From contig NC_092670.1 in the NCBI RefSeq assembly GCF_964355755.1, forward strand, positions 35,266,388 to 35,330,387: a stretch of DNA of 64,000 nucleotides. Reading direction: 5' to 3'. Each line of letters opens with the position of its first letter. Positions within the stretch are counted from its first letter, which is position 1. The notes beneath the pieces were generated by a model. The model ran no database searches. It was not told the DNA's origin and saw nothing but the letters and a program-made list of their open reading frames with translations. Below are positions 41,519-54,825 of this stretch, piece after piece. The DNA is from Antedon mediterranea (taxonomy: Eukaryota > Animalia > Echinodermata). A program made the translations under genes and the position numbers.

Positions 41519-41886
41519 ACAACAAATCGAGTGTGGATAGCCCTTATACAGGTAAATCCTTCACTCTTTTGTTTCGTGGTTATTGCATGCTGGTTTGTAA
41601 AAAGTTATTTTTAAATCTCTATGAACTCCTTCTGACTTGTATTTGGATGTCAGCGAAATGTTAATAAAATGTCTGGCAAACAATAATTAGGACGACTAAA
41701 ATATGTGGAAACGACACTATGCTACAAATCGAGTGTGGATAGCTCTTATGCAGGCACACCTTTCACTTTTTGTTTGGTGGTTGTTGTTTGTTTGTAAAAA
41801 GTTATTTTTAAACTCTTACTGAACTCCTTCACGCTCACTTGTATTTGGGTGTCAGCGAAATGTTAATAAGAATGTCTGACAAACAA
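41519..41886. repeat. Diverged tandem duplication, ~200-bp unit
   Basis: ACAAATCGAGTGTGGATAGC...TGTCAGCGAAATGTTAATAA...AAACAAT occurs twice. Confidence 0.8.
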
Positions 41887-42213
41887 TTTTCGTTTCACCT
41901 GTGATTGCCTTCAGTTTCAAAACAGATAATCCAATTTCAAAACGATTTCTGACAGAACATAACAAATTGATTTAATTGAGATGATTTGATAAAGTTGGCA
42001 ACAAGTGTATCGATTCAATCTAACAGTGTGTCATATAATCTAAACTGAATGCGGGGAATCAATGACGTCACTTTCTAGATCAGATATCTAAAAAAATTAT
42101 GATACACCATAGACATTTAATATTTCAGGCACAAAACTACTTTACACATTCTAAACGCGACGTAACAGATATCACCACTTGGGTTTTCAAGCTTGTTTAA
42201 CTTGTGAAGCTAG

Positions 42214-42390
42214 ATGCATCCGTAGAGAGCGCTGTTTTTGGGGCGCTATACTTTCATCGCCTACTTGACTGCATGCATTTTGCTTCTCTCCAAAGCGCTC
42301 GAAACACAAACAAACAAAAGCTTCGAGAAGGATAAGGACATACCATCTACCATCGGATATCCGCACATGCTTGAACCACAGCCTCATAAG
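42214..42390 (+). other. Possible signal-peptide-encoding exon of an unidentified gene (in-frame TAG at codon 4)
   Basis: MHP*RALFLGRYTFIAYLTACILLLSKALETQTNKSFEKDKDIPSTIGYPHMLEPQPHK then AAG|GTAAAA; locally raised GC; TGACGTCA at about 42063. Confidence 0.3.
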
Positions 42391-45300
42391 GTAAAAACAT
42401 CTTATATATTTGTAATCATAAAGAAGACAAAGGCATCAATAAATCCTCCGAACAAATAAGTAGAATATAGTTATTTAATGTAAGTCGTGACCAACAACTG
42501 CTGACATGACATGTACAGCAGATCTTTTTAAGTAGATCAAACTAATTTGTCTTTTTTATTTTACTCGACAATTATTTCTTTCTAGAGTAACTGTTAAGAA
42601 TGTTGTAGGTTAAAACTATATTTTCTGGAAAAAGGGAAGTAAAATACGTATCAACCAGATTCCTAAATAGGCCTATATCGGCTAGCGTCATCATTACTAT
42701 GGTTTAAATCCATGGGCCCGTGAGACGTATCGATCTAAATCTCTATTATATTGACAAAACATTCATTTACCACCAAATAATTATTGAAATAATATTTCAT
42801 ATATATATCATATAACGTTGCCCTAACATGATCTCAACCGAGGGATGAGGTCAGTCGGGTTGAGTAGGCCTAGCTACCCAGACATAACATTCCAATTCAA
42901 GCAATTCATTTCCGTAGAACCGCGTGAGACCATTAATGATTGTATCTTAATTGACACCGATGAATTGCCTGTTCCATTTGCTTCCTGAATGCCATTAGTT
43001 TGGTATTTAAGCACAATGCTCTTGCCAACCTAGCCTAGCACATACTTTCATGGTCCGGCAAAAGTTCTCGTAAATTAGACCTATTGTTATGCGTTATTTA
43101 ACAACATTGCGCGCCGTCCAAACGCTGATAAACCCACGTGACTAATGTGCGTACAGTGTACTTATCAGGCTATAGTGGAAATGAGATCTTGACCGGACGA
43201 AAACATTTCATTAGTTAAAATTAGTAAATTGGTCTAGTGCAACAGAAATTTCGGCCACCAAATGTGAAGATTGATATACTTACGGTTTATATGGGACATT
43301 TGAGGTTAGGGTTAATAATCGTAGCTTCTCGAGTCGACTGTATGTCTCCGTTGGGTCACTGACCAGTTCGGTGAATTTTGAATTCATTCACTATGCCTTG
43401 ACTTTAAATATGTAATAAAAGTGGTTATTACTATTTATAAAAGAAAAGGTCTTCACTCCAAAAACACGCCTTAAATCTTACCCTAAGGGTTTTTTTTTTT
43501 GCAGAAGCGCCACTAGTTTGGAACTAGTTTTCAATCCATATCGGTCAATTAAGTCTTGTTGGTCTTTAAGCGCTGTGAGGGCATTAGTAAATAGCGCTTT
43601 AATAAACAGTTTATCAATATTATTATTATTACTTTACTTAACTGTTATTGAATTATAAGCTATGCCTTCTAATTATATAATTGGTAGGCCTATATTAAAC
43701 AGAAAATAAACCAAAATCAAATTGACAAAAACAGTGGGTGTAGTGTGAATTACCTATGACTCTCTTGACAAAAATAATGAACATTACCCTTAACAAAAAC
43801 AACTTTACAGATTAAGAATTATGTAACTTCTATACCGTATCGCATAGGGTTCAGTATAACAGTTACTGTATGATATATTTAAGCCTGCTAGCCACAACGT
43901 GATCAATATGTTACTTTAATTGCTGTTGTTGTCAGTGAACTTGTTTTATAACTTCCGTTTTCACTGCTTTAAAAGTTTATTCTGGATTTAGTTTTTGTAA
44001 CATGTCTATTTTTATCCCCCATAATCATCTTAGTTTATTTGATGGGATTGAGGATAAATGTAACAACTCACTTAAGTATTATTAAAGCTCATTCACATTT
44101 CTACTGACATTTAACTTATTGAATATTCAACACACTATTAATGCCCGTAGCTAGCTAGTGGATACTAACAGGTCTTCACCTTTTGGATATCCCTTTAATA
44201 GAGGTGTCCCCTAAATTAGGAGTTGGTAAAAAATATATTTCCCGTCGCTTGTCCGATGAATTTCCACAAGAAAGTGTTCCCATAGTGGCTGTAAGCTGAA
44301 GAAATTCCACATTCACCAACAAACTTTAATATAAAGTGTTAGATGCGTATGAAATAAAAGAGAAGAAAGTGTCCCGTTAGTAACTGTAAGCTGCGGTGAC
44401 CCCGCATTCGTCGACAAACTTGCAGATAAAATAGTTGATAATTACCGGTTCTGGGCATAGGCACAAGTGTACCACAAAAATAGCCCTTGTGATATCCCCA
44501 ACAAAACAATAACAGTACTTTAGTTTACCATACTGATGCCAAAGAGTAACGTGTTGATTACATAATTTGAGGCAATACGATGGTCCCATACATATGGAGC
44601 GTCGTAGTGGACAAACTTATGTATTGAACATTAATTATAGAGTGTCCACTTGGGATTTTTTAAATAACATTATCGACAATAGTAGGCCGATTTTTATTGT
44701 AGGTCTATTAGTGATATATGCCGACGATACGTCTGAACTTGATCATGCTCTGCGGAATTCCAGGTATAATTTAAATAGGCACATTTGATATTGTAAATAT
44801 ACAATACAACAATCCCAAATAATGCCAATGTACGAACTATTTTTTTTCTTCTATAAGTTATGCTATGTGAATGATGACATGGTAGGCTATATTTGCTGTA
44901 TTATTTTGCATTTTTAGAATCTTTAAAAAGAAAAGATTAATCCATAAATCACAATAATATGGAAGTATCTTACGCTACACGTGCATTTACATATTTACCA
45001 AAGATTAATAATTACAGCTAAAACTGTTCTGTCGTTTAAAATAACAAACGTTTACGCATGCTTAAATTATTGTTGCAATTTTAGTGTTAGTTTAGTGTTT
45101 TTATTTTCTTGTCTGTCTATTTTATGTTTGCTAATCGGCCGATAATTATAGCTTTCAATATTGAATTACCGTTATTTCTACTATTGTTATTGTTTTTTAA
45201 CAATGGCTTTCAATACGTGATATTTTAACATAGTATCATGTTAATCGTATTAAATAAATGACTTCTGGGTTGTCGGATCTTGGTTGCTTGGCAACGTGAA

Positions 45301-46165
45301 CCCAGCTACTGCTATTTGACCGACGATGCTATTGTCACGTAGCTATTTGTCCCCAGGGACACTTTTGTACTTTTTTTATGAACTTTTTCTTAGTTTGTAT
45401 ATAGTACTGTATATGTAAACACAGTTTTCAGTACCTATAAGACTCTGTATATCTTGGATCATTAACCATTTTAATTAGAGCCTGTGACTTTACGACGAAC
45501 AAATAGCGATGCGTGCCCGTCTTTCTAACTTTAATTAAAGAAAATGATACATCGAATAGAAATCTAGAATACACTGTGTAGTATATACGATATATGAAAA
45601 GACGAATATAAGAATCCCAAACTTACTCCTATATTTACCATAAACCTTACAAAACCGCAGCATTAGGCCGACATTCGTTCGAGAGTCTATTAACAATGTT
45701 TACGTTCTTTCAATAAAGTTTCGATTATGTTATGACAATATTTTTTGATAACCTTATCGTCCTAATCAATATTCGTGGTAATGTTTTATTGTAGATAAGC
45801 TTTGTGCGGCCAGTGCTCTCAATATGCGCAGTTGAGATGAAAAAAACCCCTCAAACTTTCTATATTGTGTTACATTATAAATAATATACAAATTACCCAA
45901 TTATCTATTAACAATTTTATATCACCAGCTATTATAAATATTGGATGTGATACGTAAACGGTTTTCACAGCAAGATCCAAACCGTAGGATATTCCAAACC
46001 CTAACTTATGATATTGAATACGAATGGCATCGGGTGGTATGACCTTTCCGATGGACAGTTGTTGTGTTATTTTACATTTCCTTATGGACTTACTGGAATG
46101 CCATAGTTTCCTTTTATATAATATATATTATTGTTATAGCATGTAGCCTAGTAATAACAAAACAG

Positions 46166-46500
46166 GCCGAGTTTCCGCTGCCGTAACAAAATTATCGGTT
46201 AATTGTTTAACCAATCAGATAATTACTAAAAAAAAATAAAGTGCGCATGATCAGATTTTACCGAACAATCAAGTGCCCAATCACAACGCAAAGATTTTTC
46301 CTTCAGGTCAAAGGTTAAAAGTGATCGCATTTATCCAATAATTATCTGATTTGAATGAGATAATTTATTTATTTATTATAATTAAATTTTATTTTTTCTC
46401 GAGCGGAATCGGTTAAACCCCGTTTCCACAGGCGGTTTATCGTTTAATTTTCATCGGTTAAAAATGTTCATCGGTTAATTTTTGGCTGCGGAAACACGGC
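46166..46500. mobile_element. Harbinger-like MITE
   Basis: GCCGAGTTTCCGCTGCC / GGCTGCGGAAACACGGC termini; repeated ATCGGTTAA inside. Confidence 0.6.
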
Positions 46501-48162
46501 ATCGAAGATTCCTTTTATAACATACTGTAGTAGCCTAGTAGCAATCGAAAAACAGTTTATACGCCACGACATTTGTACGAATTGATAATGCAAATATACA
46601 GTGCGTGCCGTGATTACTTTCACTTTTGTATTAACGATTATTATACATCACTTTATATGCAATGCTTTACTACAGTACTATGGAAGGCGAACACCGTCAA
46701 AATACAATTACAAACACAACGTACCTACTACTACTACTATTACAAACATATGTAATAAAAAAAAAAAAAAAAAAAAAACCCATAAATATGTAATTTCTAA
46801 TAATTCAGAGGCAGCATGAAAGAAAATTGCTCTAAAACCATCCCGACCACTAGCATTTATAAGTATAGTCTCTTTTTGTACGATCACTCATGTTAATTTA
46901 ATTATTAAAAAAAAAAAACCGCTTTAGGGCCTAAGTAAAAAAAATAATGGTAAAAAAAATGTTTAAATGTAGGCCTAATTGCCATGTCAGAACGTATACG
47001 TATGAATAGACAACCGATTTCTTGACCCGTGTAGTCTTATAAGAAAACACAGTAATAAATGTCATGGCATGTATTTTATATAGATATCTTCTTTCTACCC
47101 ATCTTGGGCCTCTAATAGTTCTATCTCCTGAAACTGTTGTTGATACTGGCTTCGAGCCTGAAGACACATAACTGGTTTGATAAATCTATAATCTTCGCCC
47201 AAGTTATTTCTGGTGGTTTTCCATGATTTTTATAAATACTGAATAAATAAAACGCGGATTATTTATTGATAAAATTTGTACCAAAGTTACCACAGCCGTC
47301 TATCAAAAATGCGTAAGCATTGGACTATTAGTAGGGAATGGAGATGTTCAGTCATTTCTAGTTTCCTTGCAGTCGTTTTAAAATGATTGCTAGTTTCCTT
47401 ACAGTCGCTATTCTCAAAGTAAAGTAATAAGTTCTATTTCGACTTCTAAAGTACAGTGAGCAACATGATATAGACAAATTAAGTTTTGCTAGTCTAAATC
47501 TAATAAGTACAATTTTTACTAATTTGTATTCCATTAATACTAATTATAAGATGCTCGGCAATGTGCATTGTGCATGACAGAGTGTATTGTAAGATTGCAT
47601 ATTGTAATTTATACCTATGTTCAGTTGAACGCTCCTTGTCGAGGATTTAACAAACATGCAAATTGTCAATATGTAATATGCCTATATCAAGAGAGAGAAT
47701 AAATTATTTCTTTTTTGTTTTATTTGTAAGGTCTATCTTTCAATGTGTACTACTACTGTAACTGTGGCCTCACTGGCCACTTCTTTGAGTTGAAAGAACA
47801 CTGAGGTCTTGAGTTGTATTACGATTGTGTTACAGTTACACTACTATATTGGGAAGTTAAAATACTATTATTGAACGTTATAAAAATAAATTGATTGTGG
47901 CTTGATTACAAATTGTTCGTGTTCTTTCTTATGTATTATCTAAACTCGAAGAAGTTGCCAGTAAGGCCGCAGTTATAACTATTATATTTTATGGCCCCAG
48001 ATTGCCCCAAATGTATAAAATGCACTGATATTTCCCCGTTCTAATTTGGTACGTACCGTACTAGGTTACTGTACAGTAGTTCCGCAGTACGATTACAAAT
48101 AAACTCAACTCAATTCAATTGCCTTTCCACACTTCATCCTGGTACCGATGTAGATATAAAAT

Positions 48163-48357
48163 CAGTGGTGGTGTAACATACAGCTCCTGGTTTAGGAACC
48201 CTAAGTTAAGAGGCCCTACAATGCTGGAGGCCTCGAGCGTTTTTAGCCTTTTTTTCGTAATGCCTGTTTTTTCCCCTGGGCACTGATCAGGGGCCCCATA
48301 AGCTACAGAGCCCTTGAGTTTAGCCAGTGAGCGCTCATAGCCGTTACGCCATGACTG
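48163..48357. mobile_element. Possible hAT-like non-autonomous element
   Basis: CAGT..TGGTGTAAC / GTTACGCCA..ACTG termini, GGGCCC subterminal motifs, TATAAAAT on both flanks (offset by 1 nt on the right). Confidence 0.45.
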
Positions 48358-50442
48358 TTATAAAATGTGACGATGATGTTCTACAGTAATAACTGATATA
48401 AGGCGATACACTAAACGTGTTTTCCAAAATGTATTAGGGACATACACTTATCGGGCAATGAATAGTCATAATTAACTACGCGGCAATAAAGTAGACCACC
48501 AAAGCATGTCCTGAGACCACGTGATATATATACATGCACATTGTATTTAACCGGATACAAATGGTCTGTCATCATCTCCATAGTTATTTGTAACTGAGCT
48601 AAGTGTATGATATTTTCTTACATTAAAAGGATTTGGCATTTTAAAAGTGAAGATAGTGCACCATTGATTGATATTCGCTTTAAACCACAATTCAGCATTC
48701 ATTATGTCGCTAGAGGCATTGTAGTTTAAAAGCTATTTCTGAAAAAAATATACTGAGTATACGATGTTTATGTAGCTTGCGATTCACGTTGGGAAGATAC
48801 CCAAGTAAAGTTATCCAGCCGGATCCTATGTGAAAATATTCAGACATGTTTTAAAGCAAAACAAAGATTTTTAATGGGGGTCTTAAAATGGATATGAAAC
48901 AATATCAAAATATCAACAAAAATAATTTTGTATGAATGCTTTACATATGAAATAACACCACACCAAAAATTAGGTTTAAATACCTTGTAAAACTTGAGAA
49001 ATAAATAAGTTAAAATTCAGTGTAAAACCATCGAAAGATGGCCGACCAACCATCATGCCATCTTGGATTTTATTAACGTTCTAAACAAACGTACGCGGAA
49101 TCTTCCGATTAATTTAAAACGCCCGCTTTTGCATCCACGGCAGCAGCTGTTTCGTGATTGGTTAAGAATGCCCAACTACAGCCAATGAGCTTCTTTCAAA
49201 GCGGACAGGAAGCGAACGTAAACAACACACGTCATACATCACACACACGATACACACATGTCAAGCCGATTCTAGGCTAGGCCGGCCGACCGAGTGTTTA
49301 CATTTTCTCCAATATTTTTACCTAATGAAGTTTTTTGCATAAAACCTAATATGATATAAGCCCAATTGAAGGACAATGGTAGTAGTAGACGGCAAAAGAC
49401 GAGAGCACCTCTTGAATGGACCTTGAATGATGATGGATTGCCTTGAATATCACGCATCGTGCATTAAACTAAAAAGGTGGACAATTTGTACCTGATGAAA
49501 AAAAACCGGGTAAGCTCTACTTTTTTATTCGTGACTCTAAATAATGGCCATCATATAAACTGTAGTACAGTATTATTAAATATATGAATTATATTATTTA
49601 TTTAATTTAACCTTTTGTTTACTAAAAATACTGCTGTTAATTCAAGTTACAAGCTTGACCTATATATTATTATTACTCAAACTTTGTTTACTCGACCATT
49701 ACTGGGCAGTAGCTAGGCCTACCTATGGTACCAGTCGAGTTTTAGGGGCTATACCAATTACCTTTATATATATTATATACTTACTATCTTTTATCTTTGC
49801 AGATGGAATATTGACTTGTTGTGGCAAGAAATGCAAGGAATTAAAAACTGATTTTACAGCATTGTAGATTTATGTTGCATTAATAATAATTCTATTTAAA
49901 CATAGAAGAATCTTAAAATGTGGACCAAGGAGTATTGTTCAGATTTATAAACATTTTAATTATATAATAAATAATATTAATAAATGTTTTAGTCAATTTG
50001 AAAGAGTAGGGCCTATATAATTTTATATTTATTTAATTTCTTGCTGAATGAAAATAAATGAATTAAATGTACACTTGTCTCAATACTATTTTTTATATTA
50101 CACACCTAGTCAACCATTTTCAAACATTGGCCTATTTTTGTTCACCATTTATTTATGATGTAGCTGTCTACCTAGTTGTTGAAATATTGGATCGTTATCA
50201 AGCTTGGTTAAAAACAATGGCCAATACTGTATATACTTATATAGGACAGGCAGCTCTATCATTGCAAAAAAATTTCAGAAATTTGTCTGTCCAGCGTCAG
50301 CGTGTGACACACTGACATGACCCTTTGGAAAATCCATAGAGGAGGCATGCGCGTCCTCTGGGACACGTTGGTTTGAGAAAAAATCGAGTTGAATACAGTG
50401 CAGTCGTCCAGTTGGATAGTACAGTATAAGGTTTTCCGAACA

Positions 50443-53400
50443 ATGCCTAATGCGTGCTGTATTGGGGGGTGCAACAGGACCCCAACATCCCACCCACATG
50501 TATCCTTTCTCCTTTTTCCAAGCCAAGTGGACCAAGTGGAAACTTTCAAAAAATGGGAGGATTTCGTAAAACTAACTAGAAAAGGATACATCTGGAAGCC
50601 GTCTCATAAAATATGCACCGAGCATTTTTGTATAGAAGATAACATAAACCACACCGAAATACAAGAGATGGGAAAGAAGGGGAAAAAAATAAGATACCGT
50701 CTTCGTCCTGGCGCTTTCCCAACATTGAAATCGCCAGTAATAGAAGAGAATAGGGATGATAGCACGAAGCCAAAAAAGAAGATGCGGACCTGTTATCGGA
50801 GGCGAGAGGTCAATAGGGTAGGCATACAGTACTCAAATCACAAAACATTTTGTTTATCATAAATTGCCCAGATAGAATATTGGTATTTTACTAAAATACA
50901 ACTTACGAATAGAAACAATCTCCATTTAGGCCTAGGTCCTAATTTATGAATTGAAATATAATAATTGTGGATAGAAATAATCTCCGTGTAGGCCTAAACT
51001 TCTTCGTAGATGCATGACGGCTAATTTAAAAATAGCCAAATTTTGAACGCGCGTTACGCACAGTACTTTTTAAATTGCCGTACGAAATAATGGAATGCGG
51101 CATACAGGGTCTAGCATTGTCACTAGACTCTATAACTTATTATACCGTCTTAGGCCTACAATCGTTTTAGATTAGTTCAATCTGGTAAATACGCATAGGC
51201 CAAAAAAACGCAGAAATTATTTATTTATTTCTTCTTTTTTTTTTCAGATTTTAGCCAGCCGTGGTCCAAGTACATCGTCGGTAAGTAGGCCTTTTTCACG
51301 GATGGCAAACAATGCTGTGCAGGGAAGCGTAACCAACAGAAATAACATAGCACACCACAGTAGTGTATAAAAGCATAATAGGCGCCGCAACTGCATCGCG
51401 GGAAAAACGGTGGTGACAAACGCTTATGCTTATACACGGGTGTTTTTTTTTTATGGATTTTAAGCGAACAAAAAAAACAATTTCTAATTTTTTTTCAGAC
51501 ATACAGTGATGTTTTAGGCCAATCTTTTAAGAAAATGTTACAGTAACTTTATTTTCTCATACGATCATCCATCCGTTCAGGGGTTACAATTTTTTAATTA
51601 ACATGGTGTCTTCACTATTTTTTTTTACGCTTCCCTGCACAGCATTGTTTGTCATCGGTCGAAGATGTCTTCCATTTCGTGAAAAGGCTTATACAAAAAG
51701 TCTATGCCTATCTACCAATTAAAATTAATGCAGGGAGTCGTCATTAGATTAATTTTGATTAAATCCCTATGGAAACTATTACTAGTACTGTTTTTTAAAT
51801 GTAATAATTACTATATTTTTGTACATAGGCACAAGGACAGTATGTGCAGTCTTCAGGTAATGCCAATATTAATACTAAACTTTTTTACATTGATGATTCT
51901 GTCTTCACTATCAAACTACTATGCTTACATATGATGGTTCTATGACATCATCATGTCCATATATGGGCACATCACATTTTTTTGTCACATAAAGTTTGAC
52001 AGTGTAGACAGAGCTTTAGGCCAATTGTTTTTATTGCACACTTATATATCTTAATTTGATGTAAATCAAATACTTGTCAATGCTGTTTTTTGACATGACA
52101 AATTTACTTACACAATAGATTCAGATGATGAAGGAAGAAATATAAGAGGCACACGTGGCGCATTCAATTTATATTCGGAATCCGACAGTGATAGTGACCA
52201 TGACGATGCAGATGCGGACTACATTGCTCCAGATGACCAAACAGATTATATAGAACCAGCGGATACTGTTAGAGGTCAGCGAAAATATATCGTTGGTCAA
52301 AGAGAATTAATGGCTCTCTTTGACAGGTGTCGGCAGTGTGGAGGGAAAGCAGATAGAAAAATAAAGAGAGAATGTGGAACAGCAGTAGAGATAGAGTCAA
52401 AGTGCAGAAATCGAAGTTGCGGCTATCAATTTGAATGGATGAGCCAACCAAAACATGGAAAAATGTTTTTGTTTAACATTCTTTTGTCTGCCGCTATTCT
52501 TGTGTCAGGTAAGATAAGGTTTATTCTTTTTAATTTTTATGAAGGCTTGAAATAATCTAAAAGTTTACGGTTCAATCAACATGGACACTATTTACAGTAC
52601 ATAAATACATTTTTTTATATTTCTAGGTTGTTGTATAACACAGTTTTTAAGAGCTATAAGATTTTTAAACATTGCAGTTTTTACTGATAGAACATATTTT
52701 TACCACCAGAAATGGTAAGTACAGTACAACTATTATTATATTTTTTAAATGGTCTATCGCATTCATTTACTTCTGCTGCCTCTCGCTTATGGAATGACCT
52801 ACCCGCCTCAATTCGATCATGTTCTTCTACTATCGCCTTTAAATCTGCCTTAAAAACTCAAATTCAAATTAGCTCTCTCATACACCGTGCCTTTAATCAC
52901 TTACTGCTGGAATTGGCGCTTTACAAATTTGTATTATTATTCACAGCAATAAACGCTCATTGGAGCTCGATGATGTGTTATGTTTTTTTTTAGGTATTTG
53001 CTGCCAGCTGTGTCCTGTGTTTTCGCAGCGCAGAGAGAACACAATTTCAAGAGCAACATGAATATTTCATGTGATATGCGCTGCGATAGCCCAGGACATA
53101 CAGCCAAGTTTGGCACGTATACCACAATTGATGCAGACACCCATAAAGTAATCCACATTGAAGTGGTCCAAGTAAGTCGTCAAGTCAAATTTTCTCCATC
53201 TTCATTGTACCATAATACTTTACCTGTACTGTGCTTATAACAATTATTGGTAATAACTTTTTAACTGAATTTGTTTTACAGAAAGATGAATGTTCGAATT
53301 CACCAGCAATGGAACTGGAGGGGCTGAAAAGAACATTGATGGTTTTAAAAGGTTACGGAGTTACCGTGGAAAGAATTGTTTCCGACAGACATAGTAGTGT

Positions 53401-54809
53401 AGCTGCCTACCTCAAAAATTCCATGCAGAATATAATACACTACTTTGATGTGTGGCATGTTGCTAAAGGCAAGTATTTAACTACTTCAATTCATCACCTT
53501 TGCTGGACCAGCACTAATATGGTACATGATTATTATTATTAAATTATACACTCAACTGTTCAGTACAGTAGTCCATTTAATTGCCAACAATCTTTAAACA
53601 CAATTTTTTTATTTTTTTAAAAATAAAAAGCGTGTATACTATTTGAAGATGTTTAATATGATCAAACTGCTTAGTTAAATAATATAAAAACTGTATTTTC
53701 TTAAATTGACATGCAGGTGTAAAAAAACAATGTCTGAAGGGTGGAAAGCTTAAAGACTGTGACCAGATAACAAAATGGATCAAATCTATTGTAACTATGA
53801 TTTATTGGATTGCGTCAACTACACCCGAGACTAAAGATTTGAGTTACGACAAGGAACTAAGAGTCCAAAAATTTAAAAGCATATACAATCATGTAAGAGG
53901 GATACATGAACATGAAACTCCATTGTATCCCAAATGCATGCATGGTGAACTGGAAGAACGGGATTACATTCTCCCAAGTAAGTATCTCATGTGTATAATT
54001 AAGTAGTAACCAATCTCAATCAAGGGAAAAATTGCACACTGACAAACGAACATTTTACAATTTTACAATGTTTACTGTAATGTCTAAACACATGATTTGT
54101 TATTATCTCGAATACAGGCTCTAAAGCTGAGGAAGTTTTGTCAAAGATTCTGAATTCTTCATATCTTTTAAGATCAGTTCAACAGTTATCACCTACTATC
54201 CAGACATATTCTAACGAATCATTCCATCAAGTTATCAATCACTTCGCTCCAAAAATGCATCCATACCGTTTCAAGGGAATGATTGCAAGGTAGTATTATA
54301 CATCTTCCCAAAACAAGCTAAAAAATGAAACAAACAAAAATAACTCGAGTCATTGGAATGGTGAAAGACAAACAAATTTTTTACTATTTTCAGAACGTAC
54401 ATTGCTGCACTGCATTGTAATGAGAATGTCGGACGGTGCCAGCAAGAAAATAAAAAAGGCGAGAAAGAGTATTCATTGTGGTATTCTAGAGCCAAAAAAG
54501 ACTGGGTGGCAAAAAAACATTTAGTTAACCCCACTTTTGGTAAGATTGATTTATTTATTTAAAAAATATAACATAATTATATGTTTTCTGTAATCGAAAA
54601 GTCTTATTAATATTTATTTGGTTTTCCTTTCAGAATACGCAATTAACGTCATTGAAATGGCAATGTACATGGCAAAAACAAATACAAAAGAACTATATTA
54701 CACACCAGAGATAATGTGTGACCCAGGCACTATTGCAGAGAAAATGCCAAAACCTGACAAAAATGAGTTTGTAGCCCAGTTATTAAGCAGATTTAAACCT
54801 ACAACATAA
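50443..54809 (+). CDS. Kolobok transposase: THAP zinc finger, acidic linker, CxxC..CxxxxC module, DDE domain (about 677 aa, 11 exons)
   Basis: Exons 50443-50817, 51248-51280, 51829-51856, 52119-52508, 52627-52714, 52994-53171, 53282-53468, 53717-53977, 54118-54289, 54394-54539, 54634-54809 (2034 nt, no internal stop). THAP MPNACCIGGC..FP..W..ICTEHF..LRPGAFPT; catalytic-region motifs CDMRCDSPGH.AKFG.Y, VSDRH, FDVWH, LSP..QT..NESFH..FAPK, AALHCNEN. The two short exons are less certain. Confidence 0.88.
51287..51689. mobile_element. Harbinger-like MITE nested in transposase intron 2
   Basis: AGGCCTTTTTCACG/CGTGAAAAGGCT termini plus a long inverted arm GATGGCAAACAATGCTGTGCAGGGAAGCGTAA / TTACGCTTCCCTGCACAGCATTGTTTGTCATC. 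Confidence 0.75.
51897..52015. mobile_element. MITE family A copy nested in transposase intron 3
   Basis: TCTGTCTTCACTATCAAACT...AAAGTTTGACAGTGTAGACAGAGCT|TTA. Confidence 0.8.
52755..52941 (+). mobile_element. L2/CR1-group LINE 3' fragment nested in transposase intron 5
   Basis: Translates SFTSAASRLWNDLPASIRSCSSTIAFKSALKT (the LWN.LP..IR..FK..LKT 3' signature), then a GCGCTTTACAAAT..(TAT)n tail. Confidence 0.75.
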
Positions 54810-54825
54810 TGAATTGGAGTCTACC

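Noticed and set aside
50389-50862. Stand-alone host THAP transcription factor
   Set aside because: Splices in frame to DDE transposase exons inside the element.
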